Assembly (NCBI GenBank): GCA_038230075.1
Contig: JBBRNV010000003.1
Coordinates: 29,329 to 93,328, forward strand
Origin: Minisyncoccia bacterium
Lineage (GTDB): Bacteria; Patescibacteriota; Minisyncoccia; Phycocordibacterales; CALRBL01
Direction of reading: 5' to 3'
DNA: 64,000 nt
Below the pieces are notes generated by a model. That model saw only the letters and a program-made list of their open reading frames with translations. It was not told the DNA's origin and ran no database searches. A program made the translations under genes and the position numbers. Numbering within the stretch: position 1 is the first letter of the stretch; each line of letters begins with the position of its first letter. This document shows, piece after piece, positions 22,385-30,871 of this stretch.

Positions 22385-22413
22385 TTGACTTTTATCAACA
22401 AATGAGCTATAAT
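22385..22413 (+). promoter_or_regulatory. promoter of the sortase gene (likely leaderless)
   Basis: TTGACT-17 bp-TATAAT; ATG 6 nt after the -10 box. Confidence 0.75.
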
Positions 22414-22419
22414 GTTCCC

Positions 22420-23103
22420 ATGTCAAATTTGAAATCTATGTTAAAAAACTTGCTTTCTACCAACGAAATAATCTTTATTTCGATCTTTGGTCTTGTCTTT
22501 CTTTTCTCTTTTGTTGGACTCTACCTCTTTGGAGCTGTGCCTGATGAATTTCGGTACTCTATGAACAATAACTCTATTATTGATAATGTTGAATCTCTTA
22601 AAGATGGAAAGGAAGGCCTCACTAATTTACAAAATACAAATGCCGAATACGACAATAGTACTATTGGTCTTAAACCAACTCGTATTGTTATTGCAAACGC
22701 CAGTGTTGATTATGCAGTAGAAAATCCACAAAGCACTAATGTGAATATTCTCGACGAAGCCCTTAAACGTGGAGCTGTTAGATACCCAAGTTCAGGAACT
22801 CCTGATAAAGGAAATATGTTTATTTTCGGCCATAGTACGAGCTTTAAGGTGGTAAACAATAAAGCCTATGAAGTCTTTAATAACTTGAAAGAATTGAAAG
22901 CTGGAGATGATATTAAAATCATTACTGACAAAGAAACCTTTATCTATAAGGTACGAACCGTTGATCTAGTTGATAGTCGAAAAGCACTTGTTGACCTTTC
23001 AACTGACAGACACATGCTCACTCTTTCAACATGTAATAGCTTCGGAGCTAGTTCTGACCGATATGTTGTTGAAGCTGACTTTGACCACACAGAAACTATA
23101 TAG
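22420..23103 (+). CDS. sortase
   Basis: N-terminal TM; catalytic His (IFGHS), LTLSTC Cys, RYVV Arg. Confidence 0.92.
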   Translation: MSNLKSMLKNLLSTNEIIFISIFGLVFLFSFVGLYLFGAVPDEFRYSMNNNSIIDNVESLKDGKEGLTNLQNTNAEYDNSTIGLKPTRIVIANASVDYAVENPQSTNVNILDEALKRGAVRYPSSGTPDKGNMFIFGHSTSFKVVNNKAYEVFNNLKELKAGDDIKIITDKETFIYKVRTVDLVDSRKALVDLSTDRHMLTLSTCNSFGASSDRYVVEADFDHTETI

Positions 23104-23157
23104 TAGGCTCTCACAAAAGTAGGGAATTACTACTCAAATAAGACCACAATGAAGTAC

Positions 23158-23185
23158 TTGACAAATCCTTTAATTATGATATGAT
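23158..23185 (+). promoter_or_regulatory. sigma70-type promoter of the GC-rich cassette
   Basis: TTGACA-16 bp-TATGAT with extended TG. Confidence 0.65.
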
Positions 23186-23374
23186 AGTAAATGAAAGTAG
23201 AGTACATTAAAAACTTGTCAGACTAAAAAAAGAAAGTGTTGGTTGTAACAGGTTAAGAGATTCATTGGTGAAGGAAATAAGAACGAATTATTTGTTTTTA
23301 TTTCCTTCACTAAACAAAGTCTGCTTCTCACGAAGCAGATGGTGAATACTCAAACCCAGTAGACCCACACGACC

Positions 23375-24460
23375 ATGCCCACACCCTCCGAAATCCGCAA
23401 TCTCCGCCGCGCCGTTACCGCCGCAGCTGGAGACGTCACCCGCACGTGCTCCGAGAAGCAGGCCGCTGAGCTCGCGCTCCGCAACGCCCGTTCCGCCACC
23501 CCCGTCGTTCCCGCCAACGTGACCGCCGCTGAGCTCGCGCTCAGCAACGCCACCACCGCGCACGACGAGGCCCTAGAAGTCCACGAGGAAGCCCAAGAAG
23601 AACTCACCACCACGACTGCTCCCCAGCCGTCGTTCGTCAAGAAGAATTGGATTCCGCTCAGCATCGCTGTTGCGGCCGTCCTGGTCCTTCTCATGATGTT
23701 CATGTTCATGATGTCCCGCATCGCTTCTTCCGAAGCGCGCGCGAACAACATCGCGAACACGACCCAGACGGAGATCACCCGCCTCGAAGCCGCCAAGGCC
23801 AAGGCCACCAGCGAAGCTTCCCAGGCCGAAGCCGCCAAGGCCAAGGCTGTCGCCGAAGCCGCCAAGGCCGAAGCCGCGCGTCAGACCGCGCTCGCTGAAG
23901 CCTCCCAGGCCGAAGCCGGGCGTCTGCAAGCTGAACGCAACGCCAACGCCCTGAACGAAGCCGAAACCGCCCGCCAAAAGGCCGCCGCTCAAAAGGCCGC
24001 GTCCCTCCCAGCGAAGCGTTTCGACCTGGCCGCCGGTGAAATCCCGACCAAGCCCAGCATGTGGGCCATTGTCGAAGGAGGCATTGTAACTTCGAACACC
24101 TTGGCCAACTCCAAGCAGTTCGTGCCAGCAATGGGTGACACGATCGTCCTCACCGACGCCGTGACCCTCATCCATGTCGAGATGCCCCTCCTGAACAAGG
24201 ACGGATCGCCCGCCATGCGCGCCGACGGTATCACTCCCGTCGGAAAAGTTTGCATCTTCAAAGGCATCGGCATCGACGGACAGCGTTACGACTTCGCCCT
24301 CAAGGGAGGTCTGCGTGTGACCTTCGTCCCGCAGGGTAGCAATGGCAAGGTGCGTGAGCAAGAGCTCGCGACCCAGCTGCCTTCCGGCAATCGGCCAACC
24401 GCGGTTCAGACTCCGATGGTGCCCGTTCGTCGCGCCATTGCGGTTCCTCCAAAGTCCTGA
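23375..24460 (+). CDS. GC-rich orphan: single TM, Ala-rich coiled-coil stalk, C-terminal beta domain
   Basis: 361-aa ORF with strong C-ending codon bias, TM WIPLSIAVAAVLVLLMMFMFMM and EAAKAKA/EASQAEA repeats. Confidence 0.8.
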   Translation: MPTPSEIRNLRRAVTAAAGDVTRTCSEKQAAELALRNARSATPVVPANVTAAELALSNATTAHDEALEVHEEAQEELTTTTAPQPSFVKKNWIPLSIAVAAVLVLLMMFMFMMSRIASSEARANNIANTTQTEITRLEAAKAKATSEASQAEAAKAKAVAEAAKAEAARQTALAEASQAEAGRLQAERNANALNEAETARQKAAAQKAASLPAKRFDLAAGEIPTKPSMWAIVEGGIVTSNTLANSKQFVPAMGDTIVLTDAVTLIHVEMPLLNKDGSPAMRADGITPVGKVCIFKGIGIDGQRYDFALKGGLRVTFVPQGSNGKVREQELATQLPSGNRPTAVQTPMVPVRRAIAVPPKS

Positions 24461-24490
24461 CAAGTCTACTCCAACAGGAGTCCCACTAAG

Positions 24491-24540
24491 TGGCCAGCAA
24501 GTAATCGAGTTCGCTCGAAATCCTTTGCTGGCCATTTTTG
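24491..24540 (+). terminator. terminator of the GC-rich cassette
   Basis: tggccagcaa...ttgctggcca followed by a T tract. Confidence 0.7.
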
Positions 24541-24550
24541 TTTATATGAT

Positions 24551-24579
24551 TTGACTTTTTATACTATCTAATGTATAAT
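24551..24579 (+). promoter_or_regulatory. strong promoter of the repeat protein gene
   Basis: TTGACT-17 bp-TATAAT. Confidence 0.7.
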
Positions 24580-24628
24580 GATTCTACTTATCCGTAAGAC
24601 GATAGGTTATCAAATTAATAATACTTTT

Positions 24629-26338
24629 ATGAACACATATACAATTATCAAAAAATTATCAGCAGGATTTCTAATCTTCGCTACTATTGCGGTATTTTCA
24701 GTGTCACAAGTGACACCTGTTCGTGCAGACGGAGAAGATGAAGGTGATGGATATGCAACGAACTACTTTGGTTCAGGTTCAGACTTTGGATCATATGGAT
24801 CAAATTACGAAACTCCTTCATATGCAACTAATTACGAAACACCGTCTTACGCAACAAACTATACTCCATACGCTACAAACTACAATTCTCCATCTTACGC
24901 TTCAAACTTTGATGCATTCGCAACAAACTACCAAACTCCTACATACGTAACAGACTACGGAGCTTTCGCAACAAACTATCAGACAACATCATATGTAACT
25001 GATTACGGAGCATACGCTACCAACTATGAAACTCCTACATATGCAACAAACTACCAAACTCCTACATATGCAACAGACTACGGAGCTTATGCAACAAACT
25101 ACCAAACTCCTACATATGCAACAGACTACGGAGCTTATGCAAGTAATTACCAGACTCCATCATACGCAACAGACTATGTTGCTTTTGCAACAGACTATGG
25201 TGCTTTCGCAACAAATTATAACTACCCAACAAACACATCATGTTCAACTTGTGGAACTACGTATAACCCAACTACATGTTCAACATGTGGATCAAGTTAC
25301 ACACCCACAACATATGTAAGTACACCTTCTTACAACTACCCAACAAACACATCATGTTCAACTTGTGGCACTTCATATGTTCCTCCAGTTCGAACACCAA
25401 CATATAACCCTCCGGTTTACACACCTACAACATACACACAGCCACCTACATACACTCCTCCAACATATGTTCCTCCTGTGCGATGTACAACTTGTGGAAC
25501 AATTCCTACAACACCTGTAGTGTATAATCCACCAACATACAATCCTCCTACATATAACCCTCCAACGTATATTCCTCCAGTTTACAACCCACCTGTATAC
25601 ATTCCTCCAACAACTTGTTCAACATGTAACTATGTTCCTCCTACCTACAATCCTCCAGTTTATTACAACAATAACTACACAGCATATTGTGTAGGAACAA
25701 CACGAGGAAACTCAATTGAATGGAATATCTTCATTACAAACAACATCTACCACTTTACTCCAATAGTGTCATGGACAGGATCAAACGGATTCTATGGATA
25801 CGGTTCAACTGCTACTTACACATATCCAAACGGAGGTGTGCAGACAGCAAATGCAACTGTTAACTTGAATGGTCAGATTCAGAATGTGTCATGTACTTCA
25901 ACAACTGGTGGTGGATACGTTTCAGTTAATGAAAATCCAGGTGGAGTATATCTAAGTTCAATTCCTGCTACTGGCCTCTCAGCCAATATGAAGAACGTTC
26001 TCTTCATGGTAGGACTCCTTATGTGGTCAGCCTTCCTTGCATACATGTACGTTGCACGACGAAACTCTTCAATGAAATTCGCTCATGCACTTAACGGAAA
26101 TGCAGCAGGAGACTCTGTCTCAGAAGATGCAAGCGCATCAACTGAAGTAATAAGTCAGTCAGTTGATTCAAAAATCTCTGATATGGCTCGAGCAAAGAAT
26201 GTACTTCTTTCACACGACGCACTTCAATCTCTTGTAAATGCAGGTGAGTCACATGCATCAGCTGTACTTGCAAAGGTTGCAAACAATGGTGAATGGTCAA
26301 CTCTGAACAAAGCGAAAGTAGAAGAATTGTTAGGATAA
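24629..26338 (+). CDS. secreted Tyr/Thr/Pro-repeat surface protein with IPATG sorting signal (probable sortase substrate)
   Basis: Signal peptide ending VRA, YATNY/YATDY repeats, 5 CxxC, YxPP repeats, PKD/Ig-like domain, then VYLSSIPATG, TM and RR. Confidence 0.85.
   Translation: MNTYTIIKKLSAGFLIFATIAVFSVSQVTPVRADGEDEGDGYATNYFGSGSDFGSYGSNYETPSYATNYETPSYATNYTPYATNYNSPSYASNFDAFATNYQTPTYVTDYGAFATNYQTTSYVTDYGAYATNYETPTYATNYQTPTYATDYGAYATNYQTPTYATDYGAYASNYQTPSYATDYVAFATDYGAFATNYNYPTNTSCSTCGTTYNPTTCSTCGSSYTPTTYVSTPSYNYPTNTSCSTCGTSYVPPVRTPTYNPPVYTPTTYTQPPTYTPPTYVPPVRCTTCGTIPTTPVVYNPPTYNPPTYNPPTYIPPVYNPPVYIPPTTCSTCNYVPPTYNPPVYYNNNYTAYCVGTTRGNSIEWNIFITNNIYHFTPIVSWTGSNGFYGYGSTATYTYPNGGVQTANATVNLNGQIQNVSCTSTTGGGYVSVNENPGGVYLSSIPATGLSANMKNVLFMVGLLMWSAFLAYMYVARRNSSMKFAHALNGNAAGDSVSEDASASTEVISQSVDSKISDMARAKNVLLSHDALQSLVNAGESHASAVLAKVANNGEWSTLNKAKVEELLG
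25040..25142. repeat. exact 48-bp tandem repeat (2.1 copies) inside a degenerate coding repeat array (about 24750-25220)
   Basis: tatgcaacaaactaccaaactcctacatatgcaacagactacggagct x2. Confidence 0.9.
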
Positions 26339-26341
26339 TAA

Positions 26342-26433
26342 AAAAGAAAAACACTAGATTTGTTACTCAGTCCTCAGTCTTCAGAATCTTATTGAAGGCT
26401 TGCAGGATGGTTTCAAACTAGTGTTTTTCTTTT
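26342..26433. terminator. long hairpin between convergent genes (bidirectional terminator-like)
   Basis: 16-bp terminal inverted repeat aaaagaaaaacactag/ctagtgtttttctttt plus an inner stem. Confidence 0.65.
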
Positions 26434-26435
26434 GC

Positions 26436-27725
26436 CTACGTAAGCGCTTTCACCAACTCTTCAAAAGAAACTGATGTCTCTTCGCTCGTTTTTAAGTTCT
26501 TCAATTTGTAAGATCCAGTTTTTTCTTCATCTCCGATCACGATAATATTTGGAATTGATAATTTATCTGCGTTCTTTATTCGATCGCCAAGACTTTTTGT
26601 TGTTGGATCAACCGAAACATTAATTCCTTCACTTCTTAATTTTGTTGCTAGGTTTTCAGCAAGTTCAATGTGTTGAATTCCAAAAGGAATTAACGCAAGG
26701 TGAGTGTGAGGAAGTAATTTAGGAATGAGTCCATATGTTTCAAGCATGTCTTTCATGGTGACATCACCCATGCCGAATCCTGCAGCAGGAATGTCACGAT
26801 CGATAAATAATCCTACTAATCCGTCATATCTTCCACCTCCAAAGAGTGATCGATTGTTATCTTTATGAGTATCAAAGATTTCGAAAATGATTCCAGTGTA
26901 GTAATCGAATCCACGCATTAACTCGTGGTCAAGAACAACATTGGTGATTCCTCGTGCAGTTAGTATTGCAATAACTTCATTCACTTCCTGCAAGGCTTCT
27001 TTAATAGGAAGAAGAGCTAAAGCTTCTTGGTACTCTTCACTTGATTCTTTAAGGCTCAGAAAATGAAATGCTTTTCCGACAATTTTTTCAGCATCTCTTT
27101 GAAACTCATCTTCAGTCATTTTCTTTTTTCGATCAATCAATTTTGAAAGAGCTTGAGCTTTTTCATCTGATAATTCATACCACTCAGTCATGATTGCATT
27201 GATGAGACGTTTTGAACTTACTTTAATTTGAAACTGATCATCTTTGACTCCAAAGTTTTTTAAGAGTGATGAGGCGATTTGAATCAATTCAATTTCTGCA
27301 TCTTTTGTTGGAATACCAAAGACATCGGCATTTAATTGCCAGTGTTCACGAAGTCTTCCTCGTTGTGGTCGTTCATAGCGAAAAAGATTTGGAATTGAGT
27401 AAAGTCGAAGAGGGAAACCTAGTTCGCGATTTCTTCCTGCAACTAATCGGGCTACACTTGGAGTCATTTCTGGTCGAAGTGTTACTTCACGTTCCCCTCG
27501 ATCAATAAATGAATATGTTTGTTCATTAACAATTTCCTGACCAGATTTCGCACGATATAATTCTGCAGGTTCGAGAACTGAAACATTGTATTCTTCGTAT
27601 CCGAACTGTTCGAGAGTTTTTCTCCAGATAGAAAACATATAGTTTTGTACTCGTAAATCTTCAGGGTAAAAGTCACGAACACCTTTGTATGGTTCGGTCG
27701 ATAGTTTAGAAGAAGCATCTTTCAT
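26436..27725 (-). CDS. hisS: histidine--tRNA ligase
   Basis: KGVRDFYP, LRPEMTPSVAR, RYERPQRGRLREHWQ, RGFDYYTG, GGGRYDGL. Confidence 0.97.
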   Translation of the reverse strand: MKDASSKLSTEPYKGVRDFYPEDLRVQNYMFSIWRKTLEQFGYEEYNVSVLEPAELYRAKSGQEIVNEQTYSFIDRGEREVTLRPEMTPSVARLVAGRNRELGFPLRLYSIPNLFRYERPQRGRLREHWQLNADVFGIPTKDAEIELIQIASSLLKNFGVKDDQFQIKVSSKRLINAIMTEWYELSDEKAQALSKLIDRKKKMTEDEFQRDAEKIVGKAFHFLSLKESSEEYQEALALLPIKEALQEVNEVIAILTARGITNVVLDHELMRGFDYYTGIIFEIFDTHKDNNRSLFGGGRYDGLVGLFIDRDIPAAGFGMGDVTMKDMLETYGLIPKLLPHTHLALIPFGIQHIELAENLATKLRSEGINVSVDPTTKSLGDRIKNADKLSIPNIIVIGDEEKTGSYKLKNLKTSEETSVSFEELVKALT

Positions 27726-27765
27726 ATGTACATTCTAAAGGATTTACTTCAAAATACCAATACGA

Positions 27766-28539
27766 ATGAATACTATTCAGCCAATATATAAAAAGAAGGG
27801 AGAAACTCCGCTTGAGGCGATTGAGCGTTTTCGAGATGAGCAAATTATTAAAGGCGATCAAAGTTTTGAGGAGGCTAGGCTGACTTATTTAGGAAGACTT
27901 GATCCAATGGCTGAAGGAGTATTACTTGTTGGAATTAATGTAAATGAAGAAGAGCGGAATCAGTATCTACACTTAGATAAAGAATACATTGTCGATATTT
28001 TGTTTGGAATCGAAAGCGATACATGGGATGCGCTTGGTATAGTGAAAGTTGATGAAAATTTGTTAAATAAAACTTCATATATTATTGATCAGTCTGTGCT
28101 TCAGGAAGTTGTTGAAGATTTTGTTGGAACTCATCAGTTGCCATATCCGTTATATTCTTCAAAACCAATTTCTGGAACACCACTTTTTTCGATAGCTCGC
28201 ATGGGGGGTTCTGTTGAAGAACTTCCAACAAGAGACATGACATTTCTTTCTATTGAAATAGTGAGTACCGAAAAACGCGCATTCTTAGATATTCAAAAAG
28301 AAGTAATCGAAGATATTAAAAAGGTGAGTGGTGACTTTAGACAACAAATTATTACAGAATCATGGCAAACAATTTCAATACCTTCTGAGCAAGAGATGAA
28401 TATGGTGAGAGTAAAGGTGAAATGTACGAGTGGAACCTATATGCGAACTTTGGCCCATGAAATTGGCCGTCGACTTCAAACTTCTGCCATAGCATGTGGC
28501 ATAATTCGTACAAAAGTAGGCGAATTTGAAATAAATTGA
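27766..28539 (+). CDS. truB: tRNA pseudouridine(55) synthase TruB-like
   Basis: KKGETP, GRLDPMAEGVLLV, SDTWDALG, PLYSS, CTSGTYMRTLA. Confidence 0.88.
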   Translation: MNTIQPIYKKKGETPLEAIERFRDEQIIKGDQSFEEARLTYLGRLDPMAEGVLLVGINVNEEERNQYLHLDKEYIVDILFGIESDTWDALGIVKVDENLLNKTSYIIDQSVLQEVVEDFVGTHQLPYPLYSSKPISGTPLFSIARMGGSVEELPTRDMTFLSIEIVSTEKRAFLDIQKEVIEDIKKVSGDFRQQIITESWQTISIPSEQEMNMVRVKVKCTSGTYMRTLAHEIGRRLQTSAIACGIIRTKVGEFEIN

Positions 28540-28561
28540 AAAGCTCAGTTGTACCAATAAT

Positions 28562-29062
28562 ATGAAACGAAAAAAACGAATTAACCAAACAATTATTAAC
28601 TCAATGCTTGGGGTTGCTGTCATGGCCTCAGGTTTAGGAATTTCTTCATACGCTCATGCAGACACGGGTATTAGTAATAACATTACAAATCGTCCGGCTC
28701 ACACTCGTACATTTCGATCAATGGCACCGAGAGTATTCGGAAGAGTAACTGCGATTAACGGAACAACAATTACTCTTGTAGGTTCTACGCACATTTCTGG
28801 TGAGAACCACAAAGATAGTACTTCAACTACTATTGCTGTTGCTCCTACTGAAATTACCTACACAATCGACGCAAGTTCTGCCAAAGTAATGAAAAATTTT
28901 GCATCAGCCACAGCAACTCTCACCGATATTTCAGTTAACGATAAGATAATGGTTGAAGGAACGATAACTGGAAGTAATGTACTTGCCGCAACCATTTTTG
29001 ACGGAAAATTCTCAGCTGGTCATGGCAAAATTGTTAAAAACAGGCACCACCATATGCACTAA
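28562..29062 (+). CDS. secreted hypothetical protein (OB-fold/DUF5666-like)
   Basis: Signal peptide ending AHA; GRVTAINGTTITL..YTIDAS..ISVNDKIMVEG. Confidence 0.7.
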   Translation: MKRKKRINQTIINSMLGVAVMASGLGISSYAHADTGISNNITNRPAHTRTFRSMAPRVFGRVTAINGTTITLVGSTHISGENHKDSTSTTIAVAPTEITYTIDASSAKVMKNFASATATLTDISVNDKIMVEGTITGSNVLAATIFDGKFSAGHGKIVKNRHHHMH

Positions 29063-29191
29063 GACCAGAGGTTGCATTAAAAGTCAATATGTAGTATAAT
29101 ATCAGCGATTCGTTAATTTCTCTTTACGCACACATTGTATGGTCGTGGGGAAGGTCGGACGATTCGATTAAACATAAGACACACTATACAA

Positions 29192-29497
29192 ATGGCAAAA
29201 AAATTGTACGTAGGGAACCTTTCATGGGGAACTACAACAGAAAGTTTGAAAGAAGCTTTCTCTCAGCTTGGTGAAGTCACAGAAGCAATCGTTATGATTG
29301 ACAAAATGACTAACCGAAGCCGAGGATTCGGATTCGTTACTATGGCAGACGACGCTGCAGCAGATGCAGCCGTAGCCAAGTTCAACGGTTCTGATCTTGA
29401 TGGTCGTCAACTAACTGTGAACGAAGCTCGACCTCGAGAAGATCGACCACAGGGAGAACGAGCACCTCGACGAAACTTTGATGATCGACGATTCTAA
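29192..29497 (+). CDS. RRM RNA-binding protein
   Basis: RNP2 LYVGNL, RNP1 RGFGFVTM, LTVNEARP. Confidence 0.95.
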   Translation: MAKKLYVGNLSWGTTTESLKEAFSQLGEVTEAIVMIDKMTNRSRGFGFVTMADDAAADAAVAKFNGSDLDGRQLTVNEARPREDRPQGERAPRRNFDDRRF

Positions 29498-29554
29498 TAG
29501 CGGTGAGATCTCGCAAGAGATTTCAAAACTATAAAATCTTGTAAATCAAGTTAA

Positions 29555-29591
29555 CAAAATACCCACACGTAGAAATACAGTGGGTATTTTG
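29555..29591. terminator. terminator after the RRM gene
   Basis: caaaatacccac...gtgggtattttg. Confidence 0.65.
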
Positions 29592-29624
29592 TTAACTGAG
29601 TGTATACTGTCGAATACATTTATC

Positions 29625-29975
29625 ATGAGCAAAAAAGATTACGAACGATATAAAGAACTTGCTCGAACTCTTGTTCATGAACGAATTCTCTATTTTAAAG
29701 AATTTTATAAAATAAACTTTGAGACTGATTTTTTGTTTAATCGAGTTGCTATCAAAAATTCAAAAACACGATGGGGAAGTTGTTCGAGTAAAAAGAATTT
29801 AAATTTTAATTACAATATTATTCATCTTCGGCCTGAAGTTGTTGACTATTTAGTAGTTCATGAGCTTTGTCATTTAATACAAATGAATCACGGGCCAAAT
29901 TTTTGGAATTTAGTTGAAAAAGCAATTCCTGACTATAAAAACTTAAGACGAATATTGCGAGCGGTGAGGCTTTAA
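29625..29975 (+). CDS. YgjP/DUF45-like zinc metalloprotein (M48/SprT-like)
   Basis: KTRWGSCS, DYLVVHELCH, NHGPNFW. Confidence 0.88.
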   Translation: MSKKDYERYKELARTLVHERILYFKEFYKINFETDFLFNRVAIKNSKTRWGSCSSKKNLNFNYNIIHLRPEVVDYLVVHELCHLIQMNHGPNFWNLVEKAIPDYKNLRRILRAVRL

Positions 29976-30077
29976 TTGATAGAATCTTTATATTTTGACT
30001 ATTTTTTCATATCATATAGGCTTCGAGCAGAGCTTTTTTACGTTAGTATGTCGGTCAACCCAAAACCCCATGTTCCT

Positions 30078-30800
30078 ATGTCAGAACCTAAAGAGAAAAA
30101 CAAAGACATTCGCTTAGCCCTCGAGGCGGCAGGAGTGGTCCACCGTGGTCACTTTGTTTACAGCAAACCAGACCCTGCTGGCCAAGGAGATCATGGTGAA
30201 GTCTACGTCAACAAAGACGGGATCTATACCAAACCCGAGTTCGTTCGTGATCTCTGTGAAGAAATGGCTGATGAATTGCGGCCTATTATCGCTCAGTTTC
30301 CGAACGCGTCAGTCGTCGTCGGACCAGAGAAGGGTGGGATCATTCTTGCTCAGTGGCTGGCCTTCAGCCTGAACCTTTTGCTTGAGGCACAAGGAAGTGA
30401 GCCTTGCTTTCGCGCTGTCTTTGCAGAAAAGAAGGCCGGAGGTGGCTTCTTTCTCGGTCGTGGTTACGACTTAATCGTTCGCGACCGAGATGTCATTGTC
30501 GTCGAAGACATCCTCAACTCGGGCGGGAGCGCCAAACAGGCTGTTGCTGCAGTTCGTGACGCGGGAGGAAATCCTGTTGCACTCACTGCCATTTGGAATC
30601 GAGGTGGTGTGACCGCGGGTATGATTGGTGGCCCACATCTGTTTTCGCTCGTCGATATGCAGTTCAAGAAATACACGTGGCAAGCATGTCCAATGTGTGC
30701 GGAGGGAGTTCCAGTTCGCACCGACCTCGGCCACGGTCAGGCATTCCTCGATCGCATGCAAATGCGCGTTCTCGATGGTCGAAATACACCACTCGATTGA
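30078..30800 (+). CDS. pyrE: orotate phosphoribosyltransferase-like PRTase (GC-richer cassette)
   Basis: GHFVY..HGEVYVNKD, VIVVEDILNSGGS PRPP loop, CPMC tail. The start could be 30048. Confidence 0.8.
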   Translation: MSEPKEKNKDIRLALEAAGVVHRGHFVYSKPDPAGQGDHGEVYVNKDGIYTKPEFVRDLCEEMADELRPIIAQFPNASVVVGPEKGGIILAQWLAFSLNLLLEAQGSEPCFRAVFAEKKAGGGFFLGRGYDLIVRDRDVIVVEDILNSGGSAKQAVAAVRDAGGNPVALTAIWNRGGVTAGMIGGPHLFSLVDMQFKKYTWQACPMCAEGVPVRTDLGHGQAFLDRMQMRVLDGRNTPLD

Positions 30801-30822
30801 AGGTGTGACTGATTGCCAATGC

Positions 30823-30856
30823 AAAAGGCGGAGTCTCTCGCGAGACTCCGCCTTTT
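30823..30856. terminator. bidirectional terminator between pyrE and typA
   Basis: aaaaggcggagtctc-tcgc-gagactccgcctttt. Confidence 0.85.
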
Positions 30857-30871
30857 CACATTCCAATATTT

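Noticed and set aside
23288-24554. Long antisense and alternative-frame ORFs (e.g. 23573..24535 -, 23350..23865 -)
   Set aside because: They are shadows of a GC-rich gene with strong codon bias. The promoter, leader and terminator all support the + strand gene.
24750-25680. Diversity-generating retroelement template/variable repeats
   Set aside because: The repeats are tandem and intragenic, differences are not adenine-specific, and no reverse transcriptase is present in the window.
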